Below are positions 11,290 through 21,850 of a stretch of DNA of 64,000 bases, in pieces. A model generated the notes under the pieces. That model saw only the letters and a list, made by a program, of their open reading frames with translations, was not told the DNA's origin and did not search any database. The stretch covers positions 6,456 to 70,455 of the forward strand of contig JAKVCP010000001.1 in NCBI GenBank assembly GCA_022448925.1, written 5' to 3'. This DNA comes from Paracoccaceae bacterium (GTDB lineage Bacteria > Pseudomonadota > Alphaproteobacteria > Rhodobacterales > Rhodobacteraceae). Position 1 is the stretch's first letter, and each line of letters starts with the position of its first letter. The position numbers and the translations under genes were made by a program.

Positions 11290-11392
11290 CGTCTCTGGCT
11301 TAGGCGAGGAGACTGAAACACAAGTCAATTCAATTGTTTAAAAAGATTTTTCTTGGTGGGACTCACCATCACGCTTATGTGATGAAAGAGAA

Positions 11393-12853
11393 TTGTTCTT
11401 AGCGAAGAGGATAATGATGGTGATCGGACCCATTCTTGGATTGTTTCTAATTGCTGCGGGATTTGTGCTGCGGCGATCGTTTGATTTTCCCGACAAGCCC
11501 GGTTTGGACGGGATTGTGAACATGACAGGTTGGGGAGCCAAGGTCGGCGGCATTTTGTTGTTTGTCGCGACGACGTTTAACGGCATGTATTTTTACGCCG
11601 AGCCGGGATTCAAATACCACGTGCGCACCATCTTGGGCGAAGAGAAGATGGTGTCAGATACAGGCTACAATTTGCATTTGTTCGGCCGCTACAATGCCTG
11701 GAAGAACGCGATGTCGGTGCAAGCGTCTTCGACCGGTCAAGGCACCGTCATGGCAGAGCAGGACAGTGCCCAGATGAGCGCGAACCTGGCGCCAAAATCA
11801 TTGGTTTTTCTGGACCAAGTGGACGCGTTGGTCTCGGCCACGGCGCGGTTCGAATTGCCCTCTGATCAAGAGGGGTTTCTGACGTTGGCCCGCCAGTATC
11901 GAACCCCGGAAAACTTGTTGAGGACCGAATTGGTTCCGGCATTCGAGGAAACGCTGGGGGCCACGGCGGCGCTTATGTCAGCAGAGGACTACTTTCAGGG
12001 GGGAAAGACCGAATTCAACAACGAATTCCAGCGGCAAATGGAAAATGGCATCTACCTCGTACGTCGGATTGAGCAGCGTGTCAGTGTTGAGGGTCAACGT
12101 CTGGGCACAGCAAATGCGGCTCTTGGCGAAGATCAGGAAGAATTCGGCAACGATCAAAAGACGATCTTTGTGGTGCAAAAACTGCTGGATGAAACAGGGC
12201 AGCCGCGTCGCAAGAAGCAGTCTTTTACCAAGTTCGGCATTACGGTCACATCTGCCCGCGTGACCGATGTAAACCCGAACCAGAAGTTCAAGGACCGCAT
12301 GGCCCTGCGCCAGCAAGCCGCCGCAGACAGGGCGATTGCTCGGGAACAGCGCATACAGGAAGAAGAGCAAAAGCTGCTGGCTGTTGCTCGGGGCGAGCGC
12401 GAAGTGGCGGAACGTCAGGCAGCGGCCAAAGTGATCCAGATTGAGCGTACGACCGATGCGGAAACTGAAAAACAGCTGGCCATAACTGCAGCCGAACGCG
12501 AGCGGGAAGCGGCAAGGATTGCAAAAGAGCAATCGCAGATCCTGCTTGAGAAGGCAAAAATCGATGCGCAATCCGTACAGGTTGCAGCAGACGCCGAAGC
12601 CTATGCCAAGCGACAAATCCTTGAAGCTGACAATGCGCTTGCGCAGAAGCTGGAAGCGGAAGTGGAGATCCAGAACCTTTGGGCCTCGGCCTTTGCGCGT
12701 CGCCAAGTGCCACTTTATGTGTTTGGTGCAAGCGGAGATTCAGGTGTGCCCGTTGGCTCAGATGATGAAGCACAGCGGTTGTTCCAGATCCTAACGCTGC
12801 AAGCTGCCGAGCGGCTGGACTATGACAGGCGGATCTCTGAGGGGCAACAATAG
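11393..12853 (+). CDS. SPFH/band-7 (flotillin-like) membrane protein with a long Glu/Ala-rich coiled-coil
   Basis: N-terminal TM segment, an SPFH-like core, then a charged EA-rich repeat region (EQRIQEEEQKLLAVARGEREVAERQAAAK) as in flotillins. Confidence 0.55.
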   Translation: MFLAKRIMMVIGPILGLFLIAAGFVLRRSFDFPDKPGLDGIVNMTGWGAKVGGILLFVATTFNGMYFYAEPGFKYHVRTILGEEKMVSDTGYNLHLFGRYNAWKNAMSVQASSTGQGTVMAEQDSAQMSANLAPKSLVFLDQVDALVSATARFELPSDQEGFLTLARQYRTPENLLRTELVPAFEETLGATAALMSAEDYFQGGKTEFNNEFQRQMENGIYLVRRIEQRVSVEGQRLGTANAALGEDQEEFGNDQKTIFVVQKLLDETGQPRRKKQSFTKFGITVTSARVTDVNPNQKFKDRMALRQQAAADRAIAREQRIQEEEQKLLAVARGEREVAERQAAAKVIQIERTTDAETEKQLAITAAEREREAARIAKEQSQILLEKAKIDAQSVQVAADAEAYAKRQILEADNALAQKLEAEVEIQNLWASAFARRQVPLYVFGASGDSGVPVGSDDEAQRLFQILTLQAAERLDYDRRISEGQQ

Positions 12854-13140
12854 TGCCGAAGGCGCCCCTTGCGGGCGCCTTCTAGCCAAGGGTCCGATGT
12901 CAGCTATGTACGCTCACGCTGTGGATGCCCGGCCATCTTGCAGATGGTTTTCCGACATATGACCTTAGCCAAAAAAGACCAGCACCATCAAAAACAGTAT
13001 CGATAAACCAACCGCAACGAGGCACGTGGCGGCAAGGCTGGGTTTGGCGGGTGGCGCGACAATGCCGGCGACTGCATGTTTTTTGCGTCTCATGATCAAT
13101 GTTAACGTTGGATTAGGTTACGCCTCGGTTAATTCAGGCA

Positions 13141-14001
13141 ATGAAAACCGAGTTGATGCAGTTTCCGGCCTTTGCTGCCGCATTGACCGCCTTGGGGGTC
13201 AGGACACGCGCGTTGCAGCTTGCCAAGTGTCCACCTGTGCAAATGGTGGTGCGGGATATTCCCGCTTTGGGGCGCGCAGCGATGATTTCGCGTGTCACGG
13301 TCCCCCCCGCTGATTTGCGTGATGCGGCGCGCGCATCCGGGATTGCCGCGCTTGTCTTGAACCCTGCGCAGCCAGCCGGAGCGGCGTGCCGGGATGCAGG
13401 ATTTTTCCCGCTCTTTACCCCGGCTTATCGTGCCATTGTACCGCTGCACCAAGATCCTGAGGTTCAGACCGGGCGGCAGCGGCAGAAATGGCGGAACCGA
13501 CTCCACCATGCGCAAAGAAGCAGACTTGTCATATCGCGTGTCGCAATGCCGACACGCGAGGCAGGTTGGGTATTTGACGCCAATGATGCCCAGGCCCGGC
13601 GCAAAGGGTATCGCCCCCTGCCCCGGTGTCTGATCGAGGCCTATGCAACGCAGGCCCCCGACGATGTGTGTCTGTTCGAAGCGCGCTTAGGCGGGCAGCC
13701 TGTCGCGGGCATGATATTTGCCCGCCACGCCCAATGTGCGAGTTATCTTATCGGTCACAATACCGCCGAGGGGCGACGACGCTCGGCGCATAATCTGTTG
13801 CTATGGGAGGCGATGCGCTGGCTGGCCTGTGCCGGAGTTGAGATGCTTGACCTTGGCATGATCGATACGGTCAATGCGCCGGGACTTGCACGGTTCAAGC
13901 TTGGCTCGGGCGCAGTGGCTCAGTCCCTTGGCGGGACCTGGCTTCACGCCCCCGGACTGAACCTGATTGCACGCGCTCTGCCGCGCGCGCTCTTGGTTTG
14001 A
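13141..14001 (+). CDS. GNAT/FemAB-like acyltransferase family protein (tentative)
   Basis: 286-aa ORF with good GC3. The C-terminal region resembles FemAB/GNAT-fold acyltransferases. Weak call. Confidence 0.35.
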   Translation: MKTELMQFPAFAAALTALGVRTRALQLAKCPPVQMVVRDIPALGRAAMISRVTVPPADLRDAARASGIAALVLNPAQPAGAACRDAGFFPLFTPAYRAIVPLHQDPEVQTGRQRQKWRNRLHHAQRSRLVISRVAMPTREAGWVFDANDAQARRKGYRPLPRCLIEAYATQAPDDVCLFEARLGGQPVAGMIFARHAQCASYLIGHNTAEGRRRSAHNLLLWEAMRWLACAGVEMLDLGMIDTVNAPGLARFKLGSGAVAQSLGGTWLHAPGLNLIARALPRALLV

Positions 14002-14063
14002 TCGGTTTGCCAGGACCGACCCCAGAGCGGCTTGCCGGCACGGTGCCCCCGCCCCAGGTCTTG

Positions 14064-15032
14064 TCACTCGCCCAGCATCCATTCGCCCTCAGGCCAGAAG
14101 GCATGAAACGCAAAGGCAAACATAACATCATGCGCCAGATCGTTGCCGGCAAGATCGCGGACCCGGATAGAGCCAACATCACGCCCCTCTGAAATCCGCG
14201 CGGTGTCCAGCGCCGAGGCTTGACCTGCACTCCAAGAGATCTCGATGCCGTTTTCACGAACGACCTGGGCTTTGTTCAGGCGCTTCATTGGCCAGGCCGC
14301 ATCGCCGACACGGATCACGCGTGCCAGCGGTTCTATGCCATGCGGGGGCATCTCACCCCGGTACAAGAACGGACGGGACGAACTGTCATACCCCCGGTAC
14401 GGGTTGGCTCCATAGCGCCGGTTGTAGCCTGGCTCGGCCATGACCAATCCCTGGGGATTGCGCGCCTTGAATTCGCCCCAGCTTTCCATCCAGGTCGGCA
14501 ATGCGGTCAAGGCCACTCCGTTCATCTGACCCACGATGCCCTGGCCAATTGCCTGCTGCCACCAACTTTCGGTTTCGCGGTCATACATCACCATGTCCGA
14601 GTTGCGCAGCTTGCCTGACACCCCAAAGCTGAGCACCTGCCCTGCGACGCGGCGGTCAAAGGTAATGCCCGAGTTGCACAAAGGACAGAAAGTCACGGCC
14701 ACCGGAACCTCTCCGATCACATCGTTGACGATTTCGTGCCAAGTCAGATAGCGGATCGGATAGGCACGAGGGGTTTCGCCATCGATTTCAACGGTGATCA
14801 CGGGCTCAGTGTCGGCAATTTGCGTTTCCGCATCCACAAAGATGAACTGCGGGTCATCCAATGCCGGAATGCCATCCTTGGGTGGCCCCCCGGACATGAT
14901 CTCGGCCCAATTGGTAATCGTGGTTTGGGAAAAATCCGTGCGCGGCCACTCGTATTTCCACGAGTTCGGATTGGCCTGTGCCACGGGTGCAGTCAGCATC
15001 ACAGCAACTGCCAGAATGGATCTCAGGAACAT
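14064..15032 (-). CDS. DUF3179 family secreted protein
   Basis: Signal peptide (MFLRSILAVAVMLTAPVAQA) and the DUF3179-type IPALDDPQF motif. Start set at the Met that precedes the signal peptide. Confidence 0.6.
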   Translation of the reverse strand: MFLRSILAVAVMLTAPVAQANPNSWKYEWPRTDFSQTTITNWAEIMSGGPPKDGIPALDDPQFIFVDAETQIADTEPVITVEIDGETPRAYPIRYLTWHEIVNDVIGEVPVAVTFCPLCNSGITFDRRVAGQVLSFGVSGKLRNSDMVMYDRETESWWQQAIGQGIVGQMNGVALTALPTWMESWGEFKARNPQGLVMAEPGYNRRYGANPYRGYDSSSRPFLYRGEMPPHGIEPLARVIRVGDAAWPMKRLNKAQVVRENGIEISWSAGQASALDTARISEGRDVGSIRVRDLAGNDLAHDVMFAFAFHAFWPEGEWMLGE

Positions 15033-15426
15033 GGGCGTCACTCCTCTTTGCGCCATAGGGTCTAAGGTGCGCGGAAATGACGGCTCTGGCTACCCCGCCC
15101 CACGGGCTTGTGAAAAGATGTCGGCGGGGCGAATTGGCCGGATCACGTCACAAAACGATGACAGCGCCGGCGGCTTTGGGCAAGATGATCCCGTTCGCAT
15201 GATGCGCGTCAGCACACAGCGCAGGTGCGGCCCAATCGGGGGAATCCTTAGGCACATGAAGGTCCGGCATCCAGTCTTTGAGATGCGAACCCTGTCACAC
15301 GTCTGGTTATGCGACAGCATTCCGGCGTCTTGCGGATTAGGGTCCTGAGTGTTGGGATATTGGTTTCCGGCGCCCAAAGACCGGGGCATCAGCGTTTCCG
15401 TCAGGGTGCCGCCGGAAACGCCTTGA

Positions 15427-16095
15427 TCAGTTTTTCACGACGTCAACGGACACCATGACATCCGGTGCGCCAACCACAGCGCCATTCGACCCTGTGCCGC
15501 GCTTGATGGCGTCCAGCACCTCAAACCCCTCGGTAACTTGGCCGACAACCGTGTATTGACCATTCAGATGGGGCGCGGGGGCAAACATGATGAAGAATTG
15601 CGAATTGGCACTATGAGGGCTTCGCGAGCGTGCCATCCCGACCGCACCGCGTTCGAAGGCAACATCCGAGAATTCAGCCCGCAAGTCCGGCCGATCGGAT
15701 CCTCCGCGCCCGGCCTGCGCCATGTCACCGCCCAGCTTGCCGAACTGCACATCACCGGTCTGCGCCATGAAGCCATCAATCACCCTGTGAAAGACAACGT
15801 TGTCATAGGCTCTTTCAGAGGCAAGTTCAGTGATCCGCTTCACATGCCCGGGGGCAGCGGCTTCGTCCAGATCAATCACGATCACGCCGTTTGCGCCTTC
15901 GCCACTGATGCTGAGCTTCAGGCTGTAATCGGCAGCGGGATCGTGACGGAACGCCTGAGGAGCGCGGGCCTGCGGCGCCACTGCCTGCGGTGCAGTGGTG
16001 TCAGACTGCGGCGTCGCCCGCAGGACTGACCAGCCGCCGGCGGCAATCAGGATCACCGCCAAGACGCCCAAGCTTAGCCCCAGCCGTTTAGCCAT
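15427..16095 (-). CDS. ppiA: Peptidyl-prolyl cis-trans isomerase, cyclophilin type, periplasmic (signal peptide)
   Basis: Cyclophilin motif (HRVIDGFMAQTGD) with an N-terminal signal/TM segment. Confidence 0.8.
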   Translation of the reverse strand: MAKRLGLSLGVLAVILIAAGGWSVLRATPQSDTTAPQAVAPQARAPQAFRHDPAADYSLKLSISGEGANGVIVIDLDEAAAPGHVKRITELASERAYDNVVFHRVIDGFMAQTGDVQFGKLGGDMAQAGRGGSDRPDLRAEFSDVAFERGAVGMARSRSPHSANSQFFIMFAPAPHLNGQYTVVGQVTEGFEVLDAIKRGTGSNGAVVGAPDVMVSVDVVKN

Positions 16096-16594
16096 CAGCG
16101 GCCACCTTGACGCTGATCATCCGGTCGGGCTGTGCTGGCGGCTCGCCGCGGACAATGGCGTCAACATGTTCCATTCCCTCGATCACCTGACCGTAGACCG
16201 TGTATTGACCATTCAGGAAATCATTGTCGCTGAAGTTGATGAAAAACTGAGAGTTCGCACTGTCGGGGTTCTGGCTGCGTGCCGCGCCAAGGCTACCGCG
16301 CGAGTGTGGTACGCGGCTGAACTCGGCCTTGAGGTTGGGCAGCTCCGACCCACCGGTGCCGGCCATGCGCAGGTTGAAGTCCTGCTCCATGTTGCCGTTG
16401 GCCACATCACCGGTCTGCGCCATGAACCCGTCGATCACCCGGTGAAAGCACACGTTGTCATAGGCGCCGGCGCGTGCCAGCTCTTTCATGCGGTCGCAGT
16501 GCCCCGGGGCTACGTCGGGCAGCAATTCGATGACAACGGTGCCACCTTTCAGTTCCATGAGGATTGTGTTCTCGGGGTCTTTGATGTCGGCCAT
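16088..16594 (-). CDS. ppiB: Peptidyl-prolyl cis-trans isomerase, cyclophilin type, cytoplasmic
   Basis: Second cyclophilin copy (HRVIDGFMAQTGD) with no signal peptide. Start set at the MADIKD Met. 8-nt overlap with the upstream paralogue. Confidence 0.8.
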   Translation of the reverse strand: MADIKDPENTILMELKGGTVVIELLPDVAPGHCDRMKELARAGAYDNVCFHRVIDGFMAQTGDVANGNMEQDFNLRMAGTGGSELPNLKAEFSRVPHSRGSLGAARSQNPDSANSQFFINFSDNDFLNGQYTVYGQVIEGMEHVDAIVRGEPPAQPDRMISVKVAADG

Positions 16595-16721
16595 GGTCGG
16601 CTCCTTCGATGTCTTCTTTGCGCGATAAGTAAAGCGCACAAGGGCGAATGCCAAGAGATCGCATTGACGACCTCTCCACAACCCGCCAAGAGACAGTCAT
16701 CCCTACCGAAAGGAACACCCC

Positions 16722-17909
16722 GTGGCCTGGAAAACCCTTGATGACATGGAACTGAGCGGCAAGCGCGTGCTGACCCGCGTCGATATCAACGTGCCGGTGG
16801 AAAATGGCGTTGTGACTGATGCCACAAGGATCAACCGTATCGCGCCCACCGTTCAGGACATCATCCAGCGCGGAGGCCTGCCGATCCTTCTGGCACATTT
16901 TGGCCGACCAAAAGGACATCGGGTTCCCGAACTCAGTCTTCAGGCTCTCGTGCCCTCGCTTGAGGCCGCATTCAACGTGCCGGTGATGTTTGCAGCCGAA
17001 TGCGCAGGCCCTGCAGCCGAGGCGGCCTCGGCCGCGATGCAGGCAGGCCAGGTTCTGCTGCTTGAAAACACCCGGTTTGAGCCGGGCGAGGAACAGAACG
17101 ACGCGGATCTTGCCAAGGGCATGGCCAAGCTGGGTGACATATACTGCAACGATGCGTTTTCGGCCGCACACCGCGCGCATGCCTCAACCGAAGCTTTGGC
17201 GCGCGAATTGCCGGCCTGTGCAGGTCGCCTGATGCAAGCCGAATTAAGTGCACTGGAAACCGCTTTGGGTCAGCCCGACAGACCCGTTGTCGCGGTCGTT
17301 GGTGGGGCCAAGGTTTCGACAAAGCTTGACCTGCTGGGCAATCTGGTCGCCAAGGTCGACCACCTTGTGATCGGTGGCGGCATGGCCAACACCTTTTTGG
17401 CGGCACAGGGTCTCGATGTGGGCAAGTCGCTTTGTGAACATGACATGGCCGAGACTGCACAACAGATCCTGGTGAAAGCAGAAGCAGCTGGCTGTCAGGT
17501 GGTTTTGCCGTCAGATGTGGTTGTGGCCCGCGCGTTCAAGGCCGGGGCCGCGAACGAAACCGTCGCCGCCGATGCCTGTCCGCCAGATGCCATGATCCTC
17601 GACGCAGGCAGCGCCACCGTGACCCGAATTGAGACGGTTTTCCGGGGGGCCAAAACACTGATCTGGAATGGGCCATTGGGCGCTTTCGAAATTGAACCGT
17701 TTGATCGGGCCACCAATGCCGCCGCTGCAACGGCTGCCGCCCTCAGCCGAGACGGTGCGCTGACTTCTGTTGCGGGCGGCGGAGACACTGTCGCAGCGTT
17801 GAACAAGGCCAATGCAGCCGCGGATTTCACCTATATTTCGACGGCCGGGGGCGCGTTCCTTGAATGGATGGAAGGCAAGGATCTGCCGGGTGTCGCCGCG
17901 CTGGGATGA
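16722..17909 (+). CDS. pgk: Phosphoglycerate kinase
   Basis: PGK N-terminal motif ([13 protein letters not shown]). 395 aa. Confidence 0.92.
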   Translation: MAWKTLDDMELSGKRVLTRVDINVPVENGVVTDATRINRIAPTVQDIIQRGGLPILLAHFGRPKGHRVPELSLQALVPSLEAAFNVPVMFAAECAGPAAEAASAAMQAGQVLLLENTRFEPGEEQNDADLAKGMAKLGDIYCNDAFSAAHRAHASTEALARELPACAGRLMQAELSALETALGQPDRPVVAVVGGAKVSTKLDLLGNLVAKVDHLVIGGGMANTFLAAQGLDVGKSLCEHDMAETAQQILVKAEAAGCQVVLPSDVVVARAFKAGAANETVAADACPPDAMILDAGSATVTRIETVFRGAKTLIWNGPLGAFEIEPFDRATNAAAATAAALSRDGALTSVAGGGDTVAALNKANAAADFTYISTAGGAFLEWMEGKDLPGVAALG

Positions 17910-18389
17910 CCCGCTTGGGGCACATGTCTATCCCTCGAATGTGCCGCAATCTGACCAGCTGTGACCGCAGCAGTTGCCCCCAAAGCGGCAGTGTTTGCCA
18001 TCGCACCTTACAGGAAGGTGCGGATAGCGCGGCAAACACTGTGGTGCAGGTTGGTGTTTGCCCTGCCTTGGCAAGGGACTGCGCCGTCTTGGCGGCACAG
18101 ACCCGCCGCAGGACACATGGGGGTGGCAGACACCACGAGGCGGCAGTTCTCCCCCCGGCAATCGCCCATGCCGCCGGCAACCCTTGCGTGCATCATGCCG
18201 GCGTCCAATGAATTTCACGCAAATTCCCAAATTGTGGATTTTCGCCGTGTTTCAGCCGAATAACCGCCACGAAACCTTCTTGATAGCGCAAACAATCCAA
18301 GCGTTAGCGGTACCATGATTGCGCGGGGGTCCGCCGCCGCATATGCGTAATGACACGAGCACATTTCTTCCCAACGAGGATCATTACCG

Positions 18390-19319
18390 ATGAAATCCAC
18401 ACGTACCGTCAGCCGTATTCTGTCCCATTACGAAGGCGAAACACCGGGTGTAAAAGCCAACTTGAACCGCATCCTGATGACCGGCAAGCTGGGCGGTACC
18501 GGCAAGATGATCATCCTGCCCGTTGATCAGGGGTTCGAACATGGGCCCGCGCGCTCTTTCGCCCCCAACCCCGAAGGCTATGACCCGCATTATCATTACA
18601 AACTGGCGATAGATGCCGGCCTGAACGCCTATGCGGCGCCGCTTGGACCGCTTGAGGCCGGTGCTGATACATTTGCCGGTCAGGTGCCGACCATCCTCAA
18701 GGTGAACTCGGCCAACTCATTGATGTCTGGCACTGCGGGCAAGAATCAGGCCGTGACGGCCTCGGTTGATGATGCCTTGCGCCTGGGCTGCTCGGCCATC
18801 GGATTCACAGTCTATCCCGGTTCTGACATGGCGCTCGACATGTTCGAAGAAATCGTCGAAATGAGAAAGGAAGCCGCGGCCAAGGGCATTGCAACAGTGA
18901 TCTGGTCATATCCTCGTGGTGAAGCGATCACAAAGGACGGTGAAACAGCGATCGACATAGGTGCCTATGCGGCCCATATCGCGGCGCTCCTGGGTGCCCA
19001 TATCATCAAGATCAAGCTGTCCACAGATCATTTGATGCTGCCTGAGGCCAAGAAGTCTTTTGAAGAAAACAACATAGACATCGCAACACAGACCGCGCGC
19101 GTTCGTGAATGCGTTCGCTCCTCTTTCAATGGCCGTCGTCTGATCGTCTTCTCGGGCGGCGCCGCCAAAGGAGCCGATGCCGTCTATGATGACGCCCGCG
19201 CAATCCGTGACGGAGGCGGAAACGGCTCGATCATCGGGCGCAACAGCTTTCAGCGGTCACGTGAGGACGCGCTGGCTATGCTTGGCAAGCTGGTCGACAT
19301 CTACAAGGGTCGGGGCTGA
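18390..19319 (+). CDS. fba: Fructose-bisphosphate aldolase, class I (DhnA type)
   Basis: 309 aa. ILPVDQGFEHGP region typical of bacterial class I FBA. Confidence 0.8.
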   Translation: MKSTRTVSRILSHYEGETPGVKANLNRILMTGKLGGTGKMIILPVDQGFEHGPARSFAPNPEGYDPHYHYKLAIDAGLNAYAAPLGPLEAGADTFAGQVPTILKVNSANSLMSGTAGKNQAVTASVDDALRLGCSAIGFTVYPGSDMALDMFEEIVEMRKEAAAKGIATVIWSYPRGEAITKDGETAIDIGAYAAHIAALLGAHIIKIKLSTDHLMLPEAKKSFEENNIDIATQTARVRECVRSSFNGRRLIVFSGGAAKGADAVYDDARAIRDGGGNGSIIGRNSFQRSREDALAMLGKLVDIYKGRG

Positions 19320-19392
19320 CACGAACAAATGCTCGGGGGGTGACCGACATATATCGGCGACAGTACCCGCCAAATTTCCAATCAATGTAAGT

Positions 19393-19423
19393 CGCGCGGG
19401 TCCTGCACAGGGCCCGCGTTTTC
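19393..19423 (+). terminator. Putative intrinsic terminator downstream of fba
   Basis: GCGCGGGTCCTG-CAC-AGGGCCCGCG hairpin followed by TTTT. Confidence 0.5.
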
Positions 19424-19620
19424 ATTCCACGATCCGTAAATGTCTTGCGGCCTGCGCCCAGATCCCCTGTGCCCTCGCCACAGACGCTTTTGGGGGCTCC
19501 CATTTGACCGGAATCGTGTCAGCCACAACCTTTGTCCGCCGAAGGGATTCCTTTTGCGAATCATCTGTGCAATACTTCTATGAGCGTCCGAAAAAAGAGG
19601 CGCACCCGAGGCAGACTAAC

Positions 19621-19929
19621 ATGACGTCAATGACACCATCCCGGCGCCCCGCTTTGGGCGCGGTTGCGTTTTTTGCTGTGGCATTCAGCCTGGCGCTTTA
19701 TTTCGTTTTCGCAGCAGTACAGGGGGACTACGGCCTGTTTCGCCGGGCTGAAATCGAGTTGGAAGCGCAGGCGCTGGACCAGCGACTTGCATCCCTTCGG
19801 GCTGATGTTGCGCGAATGGAGAACCTGACACGCAGATTGTCCGATGATTACCTGGACCTCGATCTGCTGGATGAACAAGCCCGGGATATTCTGGGCGTGG
19901 TCCGCGCCGACGAACTCGTCGTGCGCTGA
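19621..19929 (+). CDS. Septum formation initiator (FtsB/DivIC-like) protein
   Basis: Short N-terminal TM helix then a coiled coil. Position immediately upstream of pdhA is conserved in Rhodobacterales. Start set at MTSMTPS. The longer track ORF (19177) overlaps the fba 3' end. Confidence 0.55.
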   Translation: MTSMTPSRRPALGAVAFFAVAFSLALYFVFAAVQGDYGLFRRAEIELEAQALDQRLASLRADVARMENLTRRLSDDYLDLDLLDEQARDILGVVRADELVVR

Positions 19930-20046
19930 GTTGAGGCTGCCACGCAAACTGGCACCCGTAAGGCACACGATTGCCGCGCGGCAGCCTCTTTACTCATATT
20001 CATTGCGGCTCTAAGCTTCCCAGAAAGTTTAACACTAAACCATTCT

Positions 20047-21060
20047 TTGGGAGGGTCCGGCATGGCGGCGAGAAAGGCGGCAAAGGCCTCAAACGTGTCA
20101 GCAACAGAGTTGACACAGTACTACCGCGACATGCTGCTGATCCGCCGGTTTGAAGAAAAGGCAGGGCAACTGTATGGCATGGGCCTGATCGGCGGGTTCT
20201 GTCATCTCTATATTGGGCAAGAGGCTGTCGTGGTCGGTCTCGAGGCCGCCGCGGACGAAGGTGACAAACGGATCACAAGCTATCGCGATCACGGTCATAT
20301 GCTGGCCTGCGGGATGGACCCAAACGGCGTCATGGCTGAACTAACGGGGCGCATTGGCGGGTACTCCAAGGGCAAGGGTGGCTCCATGCACATGTTTTCG
20401 GCCGAAAAGCATTTTTACGGCGGACACGGCATCGTCGGAGCACAGGTGCCCATTGGTGCAGGTCTGGCCTTCGCGGACAAGTACAAGGCAAACGGCCGTG
20501 TGACCTTCACGTATTTCGGCGATGGCGCGGCCAACCAGGGCCAAGTCTATGAGACATTCAACATGGCGGCCCTTTGGGATCTGCCGGTGGTTTTTGTCAT
20601 TGAAAACAACCAGTACGCCATGGGTACGGCGATGAAACGGTCGACCTCCACCCCGGATATATACACCCGAGGCGAAGCCTTTGGCATTCCAGGCGAAGCC
20701 GTCGACGGCATGGATGTCATGGCCGTAAAGGCTGCGGGCGAAAAGGCCGTTGCGCACTGTCGCGCAGGCAAAGGCCCCTATATCCTCGAGGTCAAGACCT
20801 ACCGCTATCGGGGGCATTCCATGTCGGATCCAGCCAAGTATCGCACCCGCGAAGAGGTCCAGAAGATGCGCGAAGAACGCGATCCCATCGACCATGTGCG
20901 CGATCTGCTTCTAACCGGCAAACACGCGAGCGAGGACGACCTGAAGGCCATCGACAAAGAGATCAAGGCGATCGTGAACGCCAGCGCGGATTTCGCGCGG
21001 GAAAGCCCCGAACCGCCGCTGGACGAACTGTACACGGACATCTACGCCGAGGCCAATTGA
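20047..21060 (+). CDS. pdhA: Pyruvate dehydrogenase E1 component, alpha subunit
   Basis: ThDP-binding E1 alpha motifs (GDGAANQG; YRYRGHSMSDP). Confidence 0.92.
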   Translation: MGGSGMAARKAAKASNVSATELTQYYRDMLLIRRFEEKAGQLYGMGLIGGFCHLYIGQEAVVVGLEAAADEGDKRITSYRDHGHMLACGMDPNGVMAELTGRIGGYSKGKGGSMHMFSAEKHFYGGHGIVGAQVPIGAGLAFADKYKANGRVTFTYFGDGAANQGQVYETFNMAALWDLPVVFVIENNQYAMGTAMKRSTSTPDIYTRGEAFGIPGEAVDGMDVMAVKAAGEKAVAHCRAGKGPYILEVKTYRYRGHSMSDPAKYRTREEVQKMREERDPIDHVRDLLLTGKHASEDDLKAIDKEIKAIVNASADFARESPEPPLDELYTDIYAEAN

Positions 21061-21061
21061 G

Positions 21062-21442
21062 ATGCCCCATTTCGAAATCCACGCCAGCGACGTGGCGGCG
21101 GCGCAGGCTTTCTACGCGGGTCTCTTTGGCTGGACCTTCGACCCGATGCCAGGCGGAGAAGAGCTCGACTATCATCTTGCGACAGGCGACAGCCTGGACG
21201 GCATGACGGCAGGTCTTATGCGTCGCATGGGCGCGGCACCGCCCCCCGGCAGCCCGATCCGCGGCGGCACCATGACGTTCGAGGTTGCGGATTGCGACGC
21301 CAGCTATGCCTGGGCGCTGGCCCATGGCGGGGCCGAGGCCCTGCCGCCCATGGACTACCCCGGCATCGGCCGCTGCGCCTATGTCGAGGACGGCCAGGGC
21401 AATGTTGTGGGCATGATCACGCCCTCCGAGACGGAGAAATAA
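21062..21442 (+). CDS. VOC (glyoxalase/bleomycin-resistance) family protein
   Basis: 126 aa. The glyoxalase-like fold pattern begins 1 nt after the pdhA stop. Confidence 0.55.
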   Translation: MPHFEIHASDVAAAQAFYAGLFGWTFDPMPGGEELDYHLATGDSLDGMTAGLMRRMGAAPPPGSPIRGGTMTFEVADCDASYAWALAHGGAEALPPMDYPGIGRCAYVEDGQGNVVGMITPSETEK

Positions 21443-21445
21443 GAA

Positions 21446-21850
21446 ATGCTGCTTGGGTTTCTGGTCTCGACGATACTCACCGCGCTGTGGATCCACTACG
21501 GAACCCGTTGGGTGCAATTTGGCCCACCAAGCTGGTTCAGCACCTTTCTGGCCGTCGTCTTGGCACAGGTCGCTTTCACCGCCATCGCTGTGTTTTTGAT
21601 CGTCGCGATGCGGTTTCCCTTGAGCTCTGGTCTGGGCAGCATGCTGCTCTTTATTCTGGCCGCCGTGGCTGTCGGGATTGCCAGCTATACGCTTGCAATC
21701 AAGACCTTCCTCAAAGCACGGATCAGCAAGTCGCGCCCAACCTGGCGCGCGTCATTGATCTTGTCCGCCACCACCGTGGCCGTAACGACACTTGTTAGCG
21801 TAACAGGCACGGTACTGACCGTCCTCACATCCACTCTGGAGGCTGCATAA
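21446..21850 (+). CDS. Hypothetical membrane protein (3-4 TM)
   Basis: High GC3. Its stop overlaps the pdhB start (TAAATG). Confidence 0.5.
   Translation: MLLGFLVSTILTALWIHYGTRWVQFGPPSWFSTFLAVVLAQVAFTAIAVFLIVAMRFPLSSGLGSMLLFILAAVAVGIASYTLAIKTFLKARISKSRPTWRASLILSATTVAVTTLVSVTGTVLTVLTSTLEAA

Noticed and set aside
19177-19929. 250-aa ORF overlapping the 3' end of fba
   Set aside because: Only the C-terminal about 100 aa (from MTSMTPS at 19621) looks like a real protein (FtsB-like coiled coil). The 5' part overlaps fba in another frame and is probably not translated.
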